A stretch of DNA of 64,000 bases from an uncultured delta proteobacterium (GTDB lineage: Bacteria; Desulfobacterota; Binatia; UBA9968), in the NCBI GenBank assembly GCA_963737905.1, contig CAVTUQ010000002.1, forward strand, positions 160,001 to 224,000, given 5' to 3'. The notes beneath the pieces were generated by a model. The model had not been told where the DNA came from, made no database searches, and saw only the letters and a list, made by a program, of their open reading frames with translations. Position 1 is the first letter of the stretch. Every line of letters begins with the position of its first letter. The position numbers were made by a program, and so were the translations under genes. Of the stretch, positions 50,149 through 60,718 are shown one piece after another.

Positions 50149-51339
50149 TTACAGGCGTGCGAGCACTTTGTCTAAAATCGCAAGCCCGCGATCGACCTCT
50201 TTTTGCGTGATGGTCAGCGGCGGAACAAAACGAAGAATTTTATAGGCCGTACAATTAATCAGCAGTCCTTCTTCCATGCAGGCATCGACAATCTTCGCCC
50301 CCTCGATTTCCAGCTCCAGGCCGAGCATAAGTCCCTTGCCGCGAATGTTCTTCACGAACGGAAAACGATCTTTCAGTCTGCCCAAGCCGCGTACAAAAAC
50401 TTTTTCCATCCTGGCACAATTCTTAAGCACGCCGCCTTTGAGCAAGGTTTTCATCACCGCCAAGCCGACGCTGCAAGCCAGCGGGTTGCCGCCAAAAGTC
50501 GAAGCATGACTTCCAGGGACAAAACTCTGCGCCACTGCTTCTCGCGCCAGCATCGCGCCCAGCGGCAATCCGCCGCCTAAAGCCTTTGCCAGCGTCATGA
50601 TATCCGGCGTCACGCCGAAGTGTTCATAGCCGAAAAGTTTCCCGGTCCGCCCCATGCCCGTTTGTACTTCGTCAAATATCAGGAGCAGGCCACGGCGGTC
50701 GCACAGCTCTCGGAGACCCTGCAGATAATTTTGATCAGGCACATTGATGCCACCCTCGCCCTGGATGGGTTCCACGAGAATGCCCACCGTTTTTTGGGTG
50801 TCGATCGCCTCCTCAGCGGCCCGCAGGTCATTAAAAGGAACCTGGCGAAAGCCCTCCGGCAAGGGGTCGTACCCCGCCCTCACCTTTTCCTGGCCCGTCG
50901 CCGTTAACGTCGCGAGTGTGCGTCCATGAAAGGAATTGTGGGCGGAGAGAATCTCATATTTGCCGCCGAGATGCGCCGCGCCGTAGCGCCGCGCCAATTT
51001 GATCGCGGCTTCGTTGGCTTCCGCGCCGCTGTTACAAAAAAAAACGCGGTCAGCGAATGAATGGCGGCAAAGGTCCCGCGCCAGCTCCGATTGCGGCAGA
51101 ATATGATAGAGGTTGGAGACGTGCAGTAGTTTGCGCGATTGTTGCTGGATCGCGCGGACGACGGCCGGATGGCAGTGGCCCAGGCTATTCACGGCGATGC
51201 CGGCCAAGAAGTCGAGATACTCTTTGCCGTCAGCGTCCCACACCCGGGCGCCTTTGCCGCGAACCAGGGCGATGGGATAGCGCGCATACGTCTGAGCGAC
51301 GTATTGATCGGTGAGCTTGGCGACATCCCGGTTCTTCAT
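50149..51339 (-). CDS. argD: Acetylornithine aminotransferase
   Basis: SGAEANE, FHGRT, DEVQTG, AKALGGG. Confidence 0.93.
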   Translation of the reverse strand: MKNRDVAKLTDQYVAQTYARYPIALVRGKGARVWDADGKEYLDFLAGIAVNSLGHCHPAVVRAIQQQSRKLLHVSNLYHILPQSELARDLCRHSFADRVFFCNSGAEANEAAIKLARRYGAAHLGGKYEILSAHNSFHGRTLATLTATGQEKVRAGYDPLPEGFRQVPFNDLRAAEEAIDTQKTVGILVEPIQGEGGINVPDQNYLQGLRELCDRRGLLLIFDEVQTGMGRTGKLFGYEHFGVTPDIMTLAKALGGGLPLGAMLAREAVAQSFVPGSHASTFGGNPLACSVGLAVMKTLLKGGVLKNCARMEKVFVRGLGRLKDRFPFVKNIRGKGLMLGLELEIEGAKIVDACMEEGLLINCTAYKILRFVPPLTITQKEVDRGLAILDKVLARL

Positions 51340-51341
51340 GT

Positions 51342-52223
51342 CTATTTCCTCACCACCTCGGTGCCGACGCCCTCTTTCGTGAAGATCTCCAGGAGAACGG
51401 CGTGCTTGACCCTGCCGTCGATAATGTGCGTTTTCTCCACGCCGCCTTTCAGAGCGTTAATGCAGCATTCCACTTTAGGGATCATTCCCGAGGCGACGAC
51501 GCCGTCCTGGATCATTTTGCGCGCCTGATTTACCCTGAGCGTACTGAGCAGTTCGCCCTTCTTGTCTTTGACCGCTTCAACGTCGGTCATGAGAATGAGC
51601 TTCTCGGCATGCAACGCCTCGGCCACTTCGCCCGCTACCAAATCGGCATTGATGTTATAGGTCTCGCCCTTGTCTCCACAGCCCACCGGGGCGATGACGG
51701 GAATGAACTTGTTCTCGTCCAGGGAGTCGATCACCAACGGGTTGATGCCCACGATCTCGCCTACCATGCCGATATCGACGATCTCCGGCGGCTCGCCATT
51801 GGAGGAAACAGTAACGTTCATTTTGCGCGCGAGGATGAGTCCGCCATCCTTGCCGCTCAAACCCACTGCCATGCCGCCGTGCTGATTGATCAAGGTAACA
51901 ATCTCCTTGTTGACCTTGCCCACAAGAACCATCTCCACAATGTCCAACGTCTCTTGGTCTGTCACCCGCATCCCGCGCACATAGCGGCTCGTTATCCCCA
52001 TCTTGTCCAACACCTCGTCGATCTGGGGACCGCCACCGTGAACCACGACCGGGTTGATACCGACATACTTGAGCAGCACGATGTCCTGGGCAAAGCTTTC
52101 CTTCAGCTCTTCATCGGTCATGGCATGGCCGCCATACTTGATGACAAAAGTTTTCCCGTAGAAGCGTCGAAAATAGGGAAGCGCCTCCATCAAGACGTCA
52201 GCCTTGCTGATGAAATTTTCCAT
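51342..52223 (-). CDS. argB: Acetylglutamate kinase
   Basis: KYGG, VHGGG, NINAD, GMIPK. Confidence 0.96.
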   Translation of the reverse strand: MENFISKADVLMEALPYFRRFYGKTFVIKYGGHAMTDEELKESFAQDIVLLKYVGINPVVVHGGGPQIDEVLDKMGITSRYVRGMRVTDQETLDIVEMVLVGKVNKEIVTLINQHGGMAVGLSGKDGGLILARKMNVTVSSNGEPPEIVDIGMVGEIVGINPLVIDSLDENKFIPVIAPVGCGDKGETYNINADLVAGEVAEALHAEKLILMTDVEAVKDKKGELLSTLRVNQARKMIQDGVVASGMIPKVECCINALKGGVEKTHIIDGRVKHAVLLEIFTKEGVGTEVVRK

Positions 52224-52326
52224 AGAAGGGCAATCCTCTTAAGGCACCGGCCTATGCGCTCGGCAGGAGTCGGTCCAAGGTCGAAGCAATGTCCGCTGTC
52301 CAGATACCAATAAACCCATTAATAGA

Positions 52327-53721
52327 TCAGAGGATATAGCGTGACAAGTCCTCGTTGTCCAAGATGGGGTTGAGCCGATCGCGGACATACTGGGCGTCGA
52401 TCGGTACGTCCCTGCCCGGCATCTCCGGAGCGGAGAATGAGACATCGTCGAGTAAGCGTTCCAAGATCGTGTGCAGTCGCCGGGCGCCGATGTTCTCCGT
52501 CCGTTCATTAACGTCAGAGGCGATACGGGCGATCTCCAAAATCGCGTCTTCTCCAAACTTCACGTGAACTTTCTCAGTTTCGAGCAAGGCTGCGTACTGC
52601 TTGATCAGCGCGTTTTTGGGCTCCGTCAAGATACGGACAAAGTCCTCCGTACCCAACGAACTCAACTCGACACGAATCGGAAACCGGCCCTGAAACTCTG
52701 GAATCAGATCCGAAGGCTTCGCGGTGTGAAAGGCCCCGGACGCGATAAAAAGTATATGATCGGTCTTGACCATGCCGTACTTGGTGTTCACCGTAGAGCC
52801 TTCGACAATGGGCAACAGATCTCGCTGCACCCCTTCTCGCGATACATCCGGCCCATGGGTCGATTCCCGGCCGGCGATCTTGTCAATCTCATCAAGGAAG
52901 ACGATTCCCGACTGCTCGACGCGGCGGACCGCCTCACCGATGACTTTGTCCATGTCGATGAGCTTAGCGGCTTCCTCCTGCGTGATGATATCCATCGCCT
53001 CGGGAATCTTCACTGTCTTCTTCTTGGTTTTCTTCGGCAAAAGGTTGGAAAACATCTCCTTCAGATTGAACTCCATCCCTTCCATCCCCTGAGGCGTAAG
53101 CACCTCGATCATCGGCATCGCCGTCTGGGTCATCTCGATTTCCACAAACCGTTCATCCATCTTCCCGTCCCGAAGCATTTTCTTGAGCTTGTCCCGCGTG
53201 CCCTGGAGACGCGCGCTGTCGATGGCCTCTCCATCATCCACGGCCGCGGCGGCACCCGCAGGTAACAAGAGATCCAAAATACGCTCTTCGGCAACCTCCC
53301 GGGCTTTGATTTCGACTTTTTGCTTCTCTTCTTCTTTCACCATATTAACGGCGAGATCCGTCAGATCGCGGATGATCGACTCCACATCGCGCCCGACGTA
53401 GCCGACCTCGGTAAACTTTGAGGCTTCGACTTTGATGAACGGCGCCTGCGCAAGTTTTGCCAGGCGGCGGGAAATCTCGGTCTTCCCGACCCCTGTTGGC
53501 CCGATCATAATGATGTTTTTTGGCGCGATCTCCTCGCGCAAATCTTCCGGCACGAGCTGGCGCCGCCAGCGGTTGCGCAGGGCAATGGCTACGGCACGCT
53601 TTGCCTCTTTCTGGCCGACGATGTAACGATCCAACTCCGAGACAATCTCACGGGGCGTCATGACCGGCGTTGGAACAGCAGAACTGGTTTCCGGCGAAGC
53701 CGTACTTTGAACTTCATTCAT
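52327..53721 (-). CDS. hslU: HslU ATPase
   Basis: [24 protein letters not shown]; start at ATG 53721. Confidence 0.96.
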   Translation of the reverse strand: MNEVQSTASPETSSAVPTPVMTPREIVSELDRYIVGQKEAKRAVAIALRNRWRRQLVPEDLREEIAPKNIIMIGPTGVGKTEISRRLAKLAQAPFIKVEASKFTEVGYVGRDVESIIRDLTDLAVNMVKEEEKQKVEIKAREVAEERILDLLLPAGAAAAVDDGEAIDSARLQGTRDKLKKMLRDGKMDERFVEIEMTQTAMPMIEVLTPQGMEGMEFNLKEMFSNLLPKKTKKKTVKIPEAMDIITQEEAAKLIDMDKVIGEAVRRVEQSGIVFLDEIDKIAGRESTHGPDVSREGVQRDLLPIVEGSTVNTKYGMVKTDHILFIASGAFHTAKPSDLIPEFQGRFPIRVELSSLGTEDFVRILTEPKNALIKQYAALLETEKVHVKFGEDAILEIARIASDVNERTENIGARRLHTILERLLDDVSFSAPEMPGRDVPIDAQYVRDRLNPILDNEDLSRYIL

Positions 53722-53812
53722 GGGAATAGGATAACTCCTAGCAAGTTCAACAGGAAATGCAAATCTCTTTTTTGGAAGAACGTCGGACGGATCAGCTCGC
53801 CCGCCGCTCACA

Positions 53813-53848
53813 TTGAACGATTTGAACGGCTTGAACGATTTGAACAGC
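53813..53848. repeat. 4 x 9-bp tandem repeat (TTGAACGAT/TTGAACGGC)
   Basis: Read directly; same unit at 63101-63136 and degenerate at 54411-54497. Confidence 0.8.
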
Positions 53849-53851
53849 CCG

Positions 53852-54382
53852 CTAGGGCAACTCTTCAAAGGTAAGCTGATTGTTAGTGTAGACGCAGATT
53901 TCTGCCGCCACTCGCATCGCCTCTTCAGCGATGACTCGAGCATCCAGCTGCGTATGTTTGACCAAAACACGCGCCGCCGCCAGAGCGTAATTTCCACCTG
54001 ATCCAATGGCGATGAGGCCATCATCCGGTTCGATGACGTCCCCGCTGCCGGAAATAACCAGCAAGTCGCTGAGATCAGCGACGACTAACAGCGCCTCGAG
54101 CCGCCGCAAAACTCGATCCGTCCGCCAATCCTTGGCCAGCTCCACCGCCGCTCGCTTCAAGTTGCCGTTAAATTGCTCCAGCTTGCCTTCGAATTTCTCG
54201 AACAAGGTGAAAGCATCCGCAGTCGCTCCGGCAAAGCCGGCGATCACACGGTCATGATGGAGCTTGCGCACCTTGCGGGCGCTGTGCTTCATAACCGTCT
54301 GACCCAGACTGACCTGACCGTCCCCGACGACCACCACTTTTCCCCCATGGCGAATCGCTAATATAGTTGTACCGTGAATCAT
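53852..54382 (-). CDS. hslV: HslV protease subunit
   Basis: HGTTIL catalytic Thr, GDGQV, GSGG, ICVYTN. Confidence 0.96.
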   Translation of the reverse strand: MIHGTTILAIRHGGKVVVVGDGQVSLGQTVMKHSARKVRKLHHDRVIAGFAGATADAFTLFEKFEGKLEQFNGNLKRAAVELAKDWRTDRVLRRLEALLVVADLSDLLVISGSGDVIEPDDGLIAIGSGGNYALAAARVLVKHTQLDARVIAEEAMRVAAEICVYTNNQLTFEELP

Positions 54383-54516
54383 AACGCCAGTTAGCTCCGA
54401 GCTAATCACGTTTGAAGTCTTCAACGATTTGAGACGCTCGAAAAGTTGCGAGAATCAAGTCGATAGCGTTCTATACGTTCAAATCGTTCACATCGTCATA
54501 GATTTTCTGAGCCTGT

Positions 54517-55440
54517 TCATGCCCGCGGGTGGGCCTTGTCATAAACCGCCGTCAGTTGATCCAAATTCAGGTGCGTGTAGCGCTGGGTGGTCGAAAGGCT
54601 GGCGTGCCCGAGCAATTCTTGAATGACCCGCAAATCGGCGCCGCTGTTCAGTAGATGGGTGGCAAAGCTGTGACGCAGTCCATGGGGACCCATTTTGACG
54701 GCGATCCCCGCCTCCCGTAGATGTTTCTCGACCACGCGCGCCACACTCCGGGTCGTGATCCTGCCGCCCCGATGGTTTAAAAAGACAGGGTTCTCCCCGG
54801 TGCAAGGCAAATTCCATTTTGTGCGCACTTCTTGACCATAGTCGCGAAGCGTCTGCAGCGCTACCTCACCGATGGGCACAATCCGTTCCTTGGAACCTTT
54901 CCCGACGACGCGGATTATACCTAGTTGAAAATCAACATCACTCCAATTGAGACCCACCAATTCACTCGCCCGAACGCCTGTGGAATAGAAAACCTCCAAG
55001 ATCGCGCGGTCTCGAACATCTAAAGAACTATTCACCTTGATCGCGCCCAACAACTGAAAGACATCGTCCACCGAAAGAAAATTGGGCAACGGCTTTTCCT
55101 GCTTGGGACTATGAATCAGCCGCAGCGGATCTTTTTCGATCTGACGCGTGGCGACCAAATAACGAAAGAACCCTTTCAGCGCGGCAAGTTTCCGGCCCAT
55201 GGAACTCTTTTTTCGGTTCTTCGTTAGCGCGGCCAAGTATGCCCGCGCGACATAAATGTCGACCTTGTGTACGTCCACGGTCCCATCGTCGTCCAGACAG
55301 AGCTTCCGTTCCATCAGGAAGCTGTAAAATTGGACCAGATCGCTCCGATAATTTCTTAACGTGTGCCGCGACACGTTGCGCTCGTTGCAAAGATGGTCGG
55401 CGTAGTGTTCGATTAGTTCTTTCACGATTCGCGTTCCCAC
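54517..55440 (-). CDS. xerC: Tyrosine recombinase XerC
   Basis: RDRAILE, GKGSKER, HGLRHSFATH, LLGH, TTQRY, KAHPRA; next to hslV. Confidence 0.9.
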   Translation of the reverse strand: MGTRIVKELIEHYADHLCNERNVSRHTLRNYRSDLVQFYSFLMERKLCLDDDGTVDVHKVDIYVARAYLAALTKNRKKSSMGRKLAALKGFFRYLVATRQIEKDPLRLIHSPKQEKPLPNFLSVDDVFQLLGAIKVNSSLDVRDRAILEVFYSTGVRASELVGLNWSDVDFQLGIIRVVGKGSKERIVPIGEVALQTLRDYGQEVRTKWNLPCTGENPVFLNHRGGRITTRSVARVVEKHLREAGIAVKMGPHGLRHSFATHLLNSGADLRVIQELLGHASLSTTQRYTHLNLDQLTAVYDKAHPRA

Positions 55441-55632
55441 AGAATAACACGCGTGTGAAAAAAAACGAAATCATCCTCGACCCGGTCTGGTACAGACTGT
55501 GGCTACAACAAAGTGCAACAACGAAGGGAACTTGACATAACCAGCCATTAGGGGTAGTTCGCATAGTGCGACTTAGGTCGTAGTCCGGTCACGACACCAA
55601 AACGGAAAGGATTTCAACCGGGAGGATAGTCG

Positions 55633-56811
55633 ATGAAACCGCACCACAATAAGGTAGACCGCCGGTTTTCCATTCTAGGTCCGTATTTCTCCGTAACAGC
55701 CTTTCTTATTCTTTCGCTCACCCCAACATCTTTCGCGCAGAGTAATGCCCAGAGCAAGCAGACATGGGAGCAAGTGCTCGTCGAAGCCAAAAAGGAAGGT
55801 CGGGTTGTGGTTTGGGGACCGCCGGGCGAGCTCATTCGAGAAGCGATGACCCAGGGATTCAAGAAGGCTTTTCCGAACATCGCGATCGAGTATTCGGGTG
55901 CCCGCGGTGGGGAACAGGCGACACGGATCAAGGCCGAAAGAGACGGCGGGGTTTACAGCGTCGATGTAATGCTAAGCGGCACGACGACTGCGATGAACCA
56001 AATGAAGCCCATGAAAGCGCTCGATCCCATCGCGCCGGTACTGATGCTGCCGGAGGTGACCGATTTAAAGAACTGGCGCGGCAACAAACTGGAATTCTCC
56101 GATGAGACCACGCGTTTCAACCTGGTCTTTGCGACGATGCTTAAAACCCCGTTGGTTTATAATCCCAAGCTCGCCAAGCCCGAAGAGATTGATGAGCTGG
56201 CCAAGCTCTTGGATCCCAAATGGAAAGGAAAATTTGTTCTCAACGATCCTTTGCCTTCGGGCTCAGGCAACGTTACCTTCCGCTGGATCTGGCGCATTAT
56301 GGGGCCAGAAAAAGCCCAAGACTATTACCGAAAGATCCGCGCTAATGCGGCGCTTGCCGATCGAGACCAGCGGCGCCAAATCGAGTGGGTCGCTTACGGT
56401 AAATACGCTTTTTTGCTTGCGCCGAGCGACGGCACCTTGGGGCAGCTGCTCGGGCGCGGGTTGAAGCTCGGCGTTCTTCCTGAGTTCAAGGATGGCACTT
56501 ATGTGACTGCCAGCTTCGGCAGCGCGATGCTCCTCAACAAGGCTCCCCATCCCAACGCGGCCGCCGTTTTTCTCAATTGGGTCTTGACCAAACAGGGACA
56601 ATTAGCCTGGAGCAAAGCGATGGATCATGTCAGCCGCAGGATGGATGTTCCCACCGATCATCTTCCTCCGTACATCGTGCCGCCGCCGAACGCTAGGTTT
56701 TTCAGCGGCGAGCCCAAGCCCGGGGACCGCTATTGGCTCAGCTACACCGAAGAAAACGTCCACCGAAGCGCCGAGGAAACCAAGATCCTGAAGGAGCTAT
56801 TTGGCAGGTAA
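55633..56811 (+). CDS. ABC substrate-binding protein (Fe3+/thiamine/AfuA-like)
   Basis: Signal peptide, AKKEG, LLDPKWKGK, APHPNAA.VFLNW. Confidence 0.85.
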   Translation: MKPHHNKVDRRFSILGPYFSVTAFLILSLTPTSFAQSNAQSKQTWEQVLVEAKKEGRVVVWGPPGELIREAMTQGFKKAFPNIAIEYSGARGGEQATRIKAERDGGVYSVDVMLSGTTTAMNQMKPMKALDPIAPVLMLPEVTDLKNWRGNKLEFSDETTRFNLVFATMLKTPLVYNPKLAKPEEIDELAKLLDPKWKGKFVLNDPLPSGSGNVTFRWIWRIMGPEKAQDYYRKIRANAALADRDQRRQIEWVAYGKYAFLLAPSDGTLGQLLGRGLKLGVLPEFKDGTYVTASFGSAMLLNKAPHPNAAAVFLNWVLTKQGQLAWSKAMDHVSRRMDVPTDHLPPYIVPPPNARFFSGEPKPGDRYWLSYTEENVHRSAEETKILKELFGR

Positions 56812-56839
56812 GCAATACTTCTAATTGAGGGAAGGAAAG

Positions 56840-58570
56840 ATGGAACTCACGAGACCAGCCGTCTTCAGGGCGGTTCAATTTCCTAGGATCTCTTGGACCT
56901 GGATTCCTCTAGCGTTGCTTGTCGGTCTACTGTTTCTCATTCTCGCCTATCCCCTGGGACTGCTCCTCGTTAAAAGCTTCGTCATAAGCCGGCCGGGGCA
57001 GCCCACGGTGTGGGCACTCGACGGTTGGCTGGCCGCTTTTACGGATGTTAATCTAGCGGTTGCCATTGGGAATACTTTTTACCTGGCCATTGTCAGAGTT
57101 ATCATCAGTAGCGCAGTGGCGATTTTTTTCGCCTGGGTCGTGACGCGCACCGATACGCCGCTAAAGGGCTTTATCGAAGTGACGTTCTGGCTGGGATTTT
57201 TCCTGCCGTTGCTCCCCATGACCATGGGTTGGATTTTACTCTTGGACCCGTATTACGGGCTCATCAATAAGTTTTTGATGTCCACTTTCGGTTTGTCGCA
57301 GCCTCTCTTTGATGTCTATTCGTATTGGGGAATTATCTGGTGCCATCTGGCTTTCAGTACCTCCGTCAGATTCCTTTTGATGACTCCCGCATTCACGGCG
57401 ATGGACGCAGCGCTGGAGGACGCCGCGCGCACATCCGGCAGCAGCAACATGGGAGTCTTAATGCGCATCACCGTGCCAATTTTAGCGCCTGCTATTCTTG
57501 CCTCTACGGCCCTGGGCTTCATCAGGAGCCTTGAATCTCTAGAGATCGAAATGGTTCTCGGTATCCCTGCGGGAATCTACGTCGTGCCGACGAAGATCTG
57601 GGACTATATCCACTGGGAGCCGCCGCTTTATGATCGCGCCACCGCCCTCTGCAGTATCTTCCTATTGTTTGTCTTCTTCCTGATCTGGATTCACCGGATC
57701 TTTCTTCGCGGCAAAGAATTCACGACCGTCAGCGGCCGCAGCTACATGGTGCGGACCTTCCCGCTGGGCCGGTGGCGTTGGGTGACGTGCGGGCTGTGCT
57801 TGCTCTTTATCCTCGTGATGATTGTCCTGCCGTTGGCAACTCTCATTATGGGTACGTTCATGGAATTCTTCGGCAATTTCGATATGGAACATGTTTGGAC
57901 GATCCGTCACTGGACCTCGGTATTTAGTGACGCCGTGTTTCTGCGCTCGTTAAGAAATACGCTGATTCTTGGACTGGGAGCGGGAATTGTGGGGACCTTG
58001 CTTTACGCGTTAATCAGCTATCTCATCGTGCGCACCCGACTCGCCGGCCGCGGTATCATCGACATTCTCTCCTGGTTACCGTGGGCTTTGCCGGGCGTCT
58101 TGATTAGCCTGGCGCTCTTATGGGCGGTTTTGGGCTCGGGTGAATATGTCAAGATGATCTACGGGACCATATCCGTCCTGGTCTTGGCCATCATCATCAA
58201 AGAGATGCCTCTCGGAACCCAGATCATCAAAGCGGGCGTACTGCAGATCAGTAACGAGCTGGAGGAAGCCTCCAGCGCTTCGGGCGCCACGTGGCTGGCC
58301 GGTTTTCGCCGCATTCTGCTGCCGCTTCTGAAGCCGACCATGCTGGCTGTGGGAATTATCGTGTTTATCTCCGCGGCGAGGGATATTCCGACGGTGATTT
58401 TCCTGGCAACGAATCAAAGCCGAACGCTCTCGCTCTTGATGCTGGACTACATCGCCGACGCCAACAAGGAGAAGGCGGCGGTGCTCGGGGTGTTTTTAGT
58501 ATTTCTCATCTTCGCGCTTCTCTTGATCGGACGGTTATTGGGTTTTCGCAGGTCATCGGTGCATTCATGA
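56840..58570 (+). CDS. ABC permease with duplicated domains (FbpB-like)
   Basis: Two EAA loops (LEDAARTSG, LEEASSASGA), about 12 TMs. Confidence 0.88.
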   Translation: MELTRPAVFRAVQFPRISWTWIPLALLVGLLFLILAYPLGLLLVKSFVISRPGQPTVWALDGWLAAFTDVNLAVAIGNTFYLAIVRVIISSAVAIFFAWVVTRTDTPLKGFIEVTFWLGFFLPLLPMTMGWILLLDPYYGLINKFLMSTFGLSQPLFDVYSYWGIIWCHLAFSTSVRFLLMTPAFTAMDAALEDAARTSGSSNMGVLMRITVPILAPAILASTALGFIRSLESLEIEMVLGIPAGIYVVPTKIWDYIHWEPPLYDRATALCSIFLLFVFFLIWIHRIFLRGKEFTTVSGRSYMVRTFPLGRWRWVTCGLCLLFILVMIVLPLATLIMGTFMEFFGNFDMEHVWTIRHWTSVFSDAVFLRSLRNTLILGLGAGIVGTLLYALISYLIVRTRLAGRGIIDILSWLPWALPGVLISLALLWAVLGSGEYVKMIYGTISVLVLAIIIKEMPLGTQIIKAGVLQISNELEEASSASGATWLAGFRRILLPLLKPTMLAVGIIVFISAARDIPTVIFLATNQSRTLSLLMLDYIADANKEKAAVLGVFLVFLIFALLLIGRLLGFRRSSVHS

Positions 58571-58629
58571 CGCAACTAAACTGGTTTAATACGTTCGCCG
58601 AGAGACATTGCACTGTAAAGGAGGAAATC

Positions 58630-59766
58630 ATGAAGACAAGAGTGGATGTGGTTCATGCGAAGTCTGCAATTGTTCTTGTGGCTTTGCTCACGCTATGCGT
58701 GGCAAATGCTCAATTCGCCCGGGCCCAAAGCGATTCCGGGTGGAAACAGAAATGGGACACAGCGCTCGCCCAAGCGAAGAAGGAGGGGAAAGTGGTGGTA
58801 TTGGGACCGCCGGGTGATCGCATCCGAGACGCGATTACCCAGGGCTTCGCCAAGGCTTTCCCGGATATCAGCCTGGAGTTTTCGGGAGCGCGAGGTGGCG
58901 AGTTGGCCACCCGGGTGAAGGCAGAACGGGATGCCGGTATTTACAGCGTTGACATCGTGATCAACGGGACCAGCACCGCCAACGCCTATTTCAAACCGAT
59001 GAAGTCGCTCGACCCCATCGAGCCGGCGCTCATATTGCCCGAAGTGCTCGATACAAAGAACTGGCGCGACAATCGTCTCGAATTCTCCGATCGCGAGACG
59101 CGTCTCGATTTGGTCTTTACCACGCAGAACAATGTGCCGTTGATTTTTAATCCGGCGCAGGTGAAAGCCGAAGAGGTAGACGAGTTATACAAACTTTTGG
59201 ACCCAAAATGGAAAGGGAAGATTGCCGTCCAGGATCCGATCCCTTCGGGAACCGGAAACGGGATCTTCCGTTGGGCATGGCACGTACTGGGTCCCGAAAA
59301 GGCAATGGATTTCTATCGAAAGATCCGCGCCCAGGCGGCCGTTGTCGACAGGGACCAACGCGCGCAAATCGAGTGGGTTGCTCAAGGCAAATACCCGCTA
59401 AACCTGGGTCCAGGTACTGTCATGTATCAGCTACAAGCCCGCGGGCTTAAGTTCGGTGTGGTACCCTATTTTAAAGACTACGGCACTTACCTTACTCCCG
59501 GTTTCGGCAGCTTAATGTTTATCAACCGGGCCCCGCATCCCAACGCCGGAAAGGTTTTTCTCAACTGGCTCCTCAGCAAAGAAGGCCAGACGGTTTTTAG
59601 CAAGGGCATGGGTTATGTAAGTCGGAGGGTGGACGTGCCCACCGATCACGTCCCTTCCTATTGGGTGCCCAAACCCGGAGTCAAATATTGGGCGGGTTAC
59701 TACGAGGAAGATGCAACGATGTCGCCGGAGCAAATAAAATTTCTCAAATCGATCTACGGGAGATAG
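58630..59766 (+). CDS. ABC substrate-binding protein, paralog of 55633
   Basis: AAGGAGG SD; same motifs as 55633. Confidence 0.85.
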   Translation: MKTRVDVVHAKSAIVLVALLTLCVANAQFARAQSDSGWKQKWDTALAQAKKEGKVVVLGPPGDRIRDAITQGFAKAFPDISLEFSGARGGELATRVKAERDAGIYSVDIVINGTSTANAYFKPMKSLDPIEPALILPEVLDTKNWRDNRLEFSDRETRLDLVFTTQNNVPLIFNPAQVKAEEVDELYKLLDPKWKGKIAVQDPIPSGTGNGIFRWAWHVLGPEKAMDFYRKIRAQAAVVDRDQRAQIEWVAQGKYPLNLGPGTVMYQLQARGLKFGVVPYFKDYGTYLTPGFGSLMFINRAPHPNAGKVFLNWLLSKEGQTVFSKGMGYVSRRVDVPTDHVPSYWVPKPGVKYWAGYYEEDATMSPEQIKFLKSIYGR

Positions 59767-59811
59767 ACCGCGACCGAAACCACATCAGTACTCGTTGGAT
59801 CTTAACTCGAC

Positions 59812-59848
59812 AGGCCCGTCCTAGTGTGAAGGGGACGGGCCTTTTTTT
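59812..59848 (+). terminator. Rho-independent terminator
   Basis: AGGCCCGTCC-loop-GGACGGGCCT followed by a T run. Confidence 0.85.
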
Positions 59849-59931
59849 CTTGATTGACGTTCATCGGCGATTCGCAGTAGGCTGAGTCGTTAAGGGCGGG
59901 TCAGAGTGTCTTCAGAAAGAAAGGAGATTTC

Positions 59932-60378
59932 ATGCCTAAGTTAAGACATATAGCGCTGCATACTCCGGATCCGGAGAAGACCGCGGAGTTTTACAAGCAG
60001 GTTTTTGACATGGTCGAGGTGGGGCGAACCGATTCTCCGATCGCCAAGGGCATTTATTTAAGCGACGGCACCATCAACATGGCGGTGCTCCGTTTCAAAA
60101 CCAGAGAAGCGGCGGATCGGAACTTGACGGTCTAGGTCCGGTTTTCGGCCTGCATCACTTTGGGTTTTGGGTCGAGGATCCGGATGAGACGCGCCGCAGA
60201 GCTGAAAGAGGCGGGCGCAGACTATCGCTTCGGCCGCCCTGCGGAGGCGATAACCGGCTTTTTCGAAGAGAAGTATAAAGGGCCCCGACGCCGTGATGAT
60301 CGATATCACCGAACATGGTTGGGTGGGAGCGGAACCGCTAGAGGGAAAAAACTCCACAGCCCAGGAGCATCCGATTAG
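59932..60378 (+). CDS. VOC-family protein; frameshifted
   Basis: LRHIAL..PDPEKTAEFY, YLSDG.IN, GLHHFGF in another frame. Confidence 0.75.
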
Positions 60379-60500
60379 CGCCGGACAAACGTTGACGGCG
60401 CGATAGGCGTCTGAACACGGTCCTCAGGCGCGGCATGAGAGGTTGCTCGTCAGATCGAGAGAGCTGCGTCGTAACACGCTAGTCGCCCTTCGATGTAAGC

Positions 60501-60654
60501 AAATCTCCCCTTACCCCTCTTTTTCAAAGAGGGGGACCGGAAAGCTGGAGTTACTATCGAGTGGCGGACTTGCAGAAATTTTAAGATCTCTAGATGCCCT
60601 ATCTTTCGTGAATATGTCCACCGTTGGAAAAGGGGGACTACATGGGCGGACTTT
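60501..60654. repeat. MITE-like palindromic element
   Basis: AAATCTCCCC..CCCTCTTTTTCAAAGAGGGG ... GGAAAAGGGGG..GGGCGGACTTT with inverted arms. Confidence 0.5.
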
Positions 60655-60718
60655 GGTTCCAGCGAAACGGAGATGCCTGTGGACGATAGAACGCGAGCTA
60701 GCGAATAGGCAACTCCGA

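Noticed and set aside
53813-53848. Possible CRISPR array
   Set aside because: 9-bp units with no spacers, and no cas genes in the window
52327-54024. N-terminally extended 565-aa HslU
   Set aside because: The extension overlaps hslV and the repeat array; homology starts near 53721
54517-55440. Phage or island integrase
   Set aside because: XerC signature and xerC-hslVU housekeeping context
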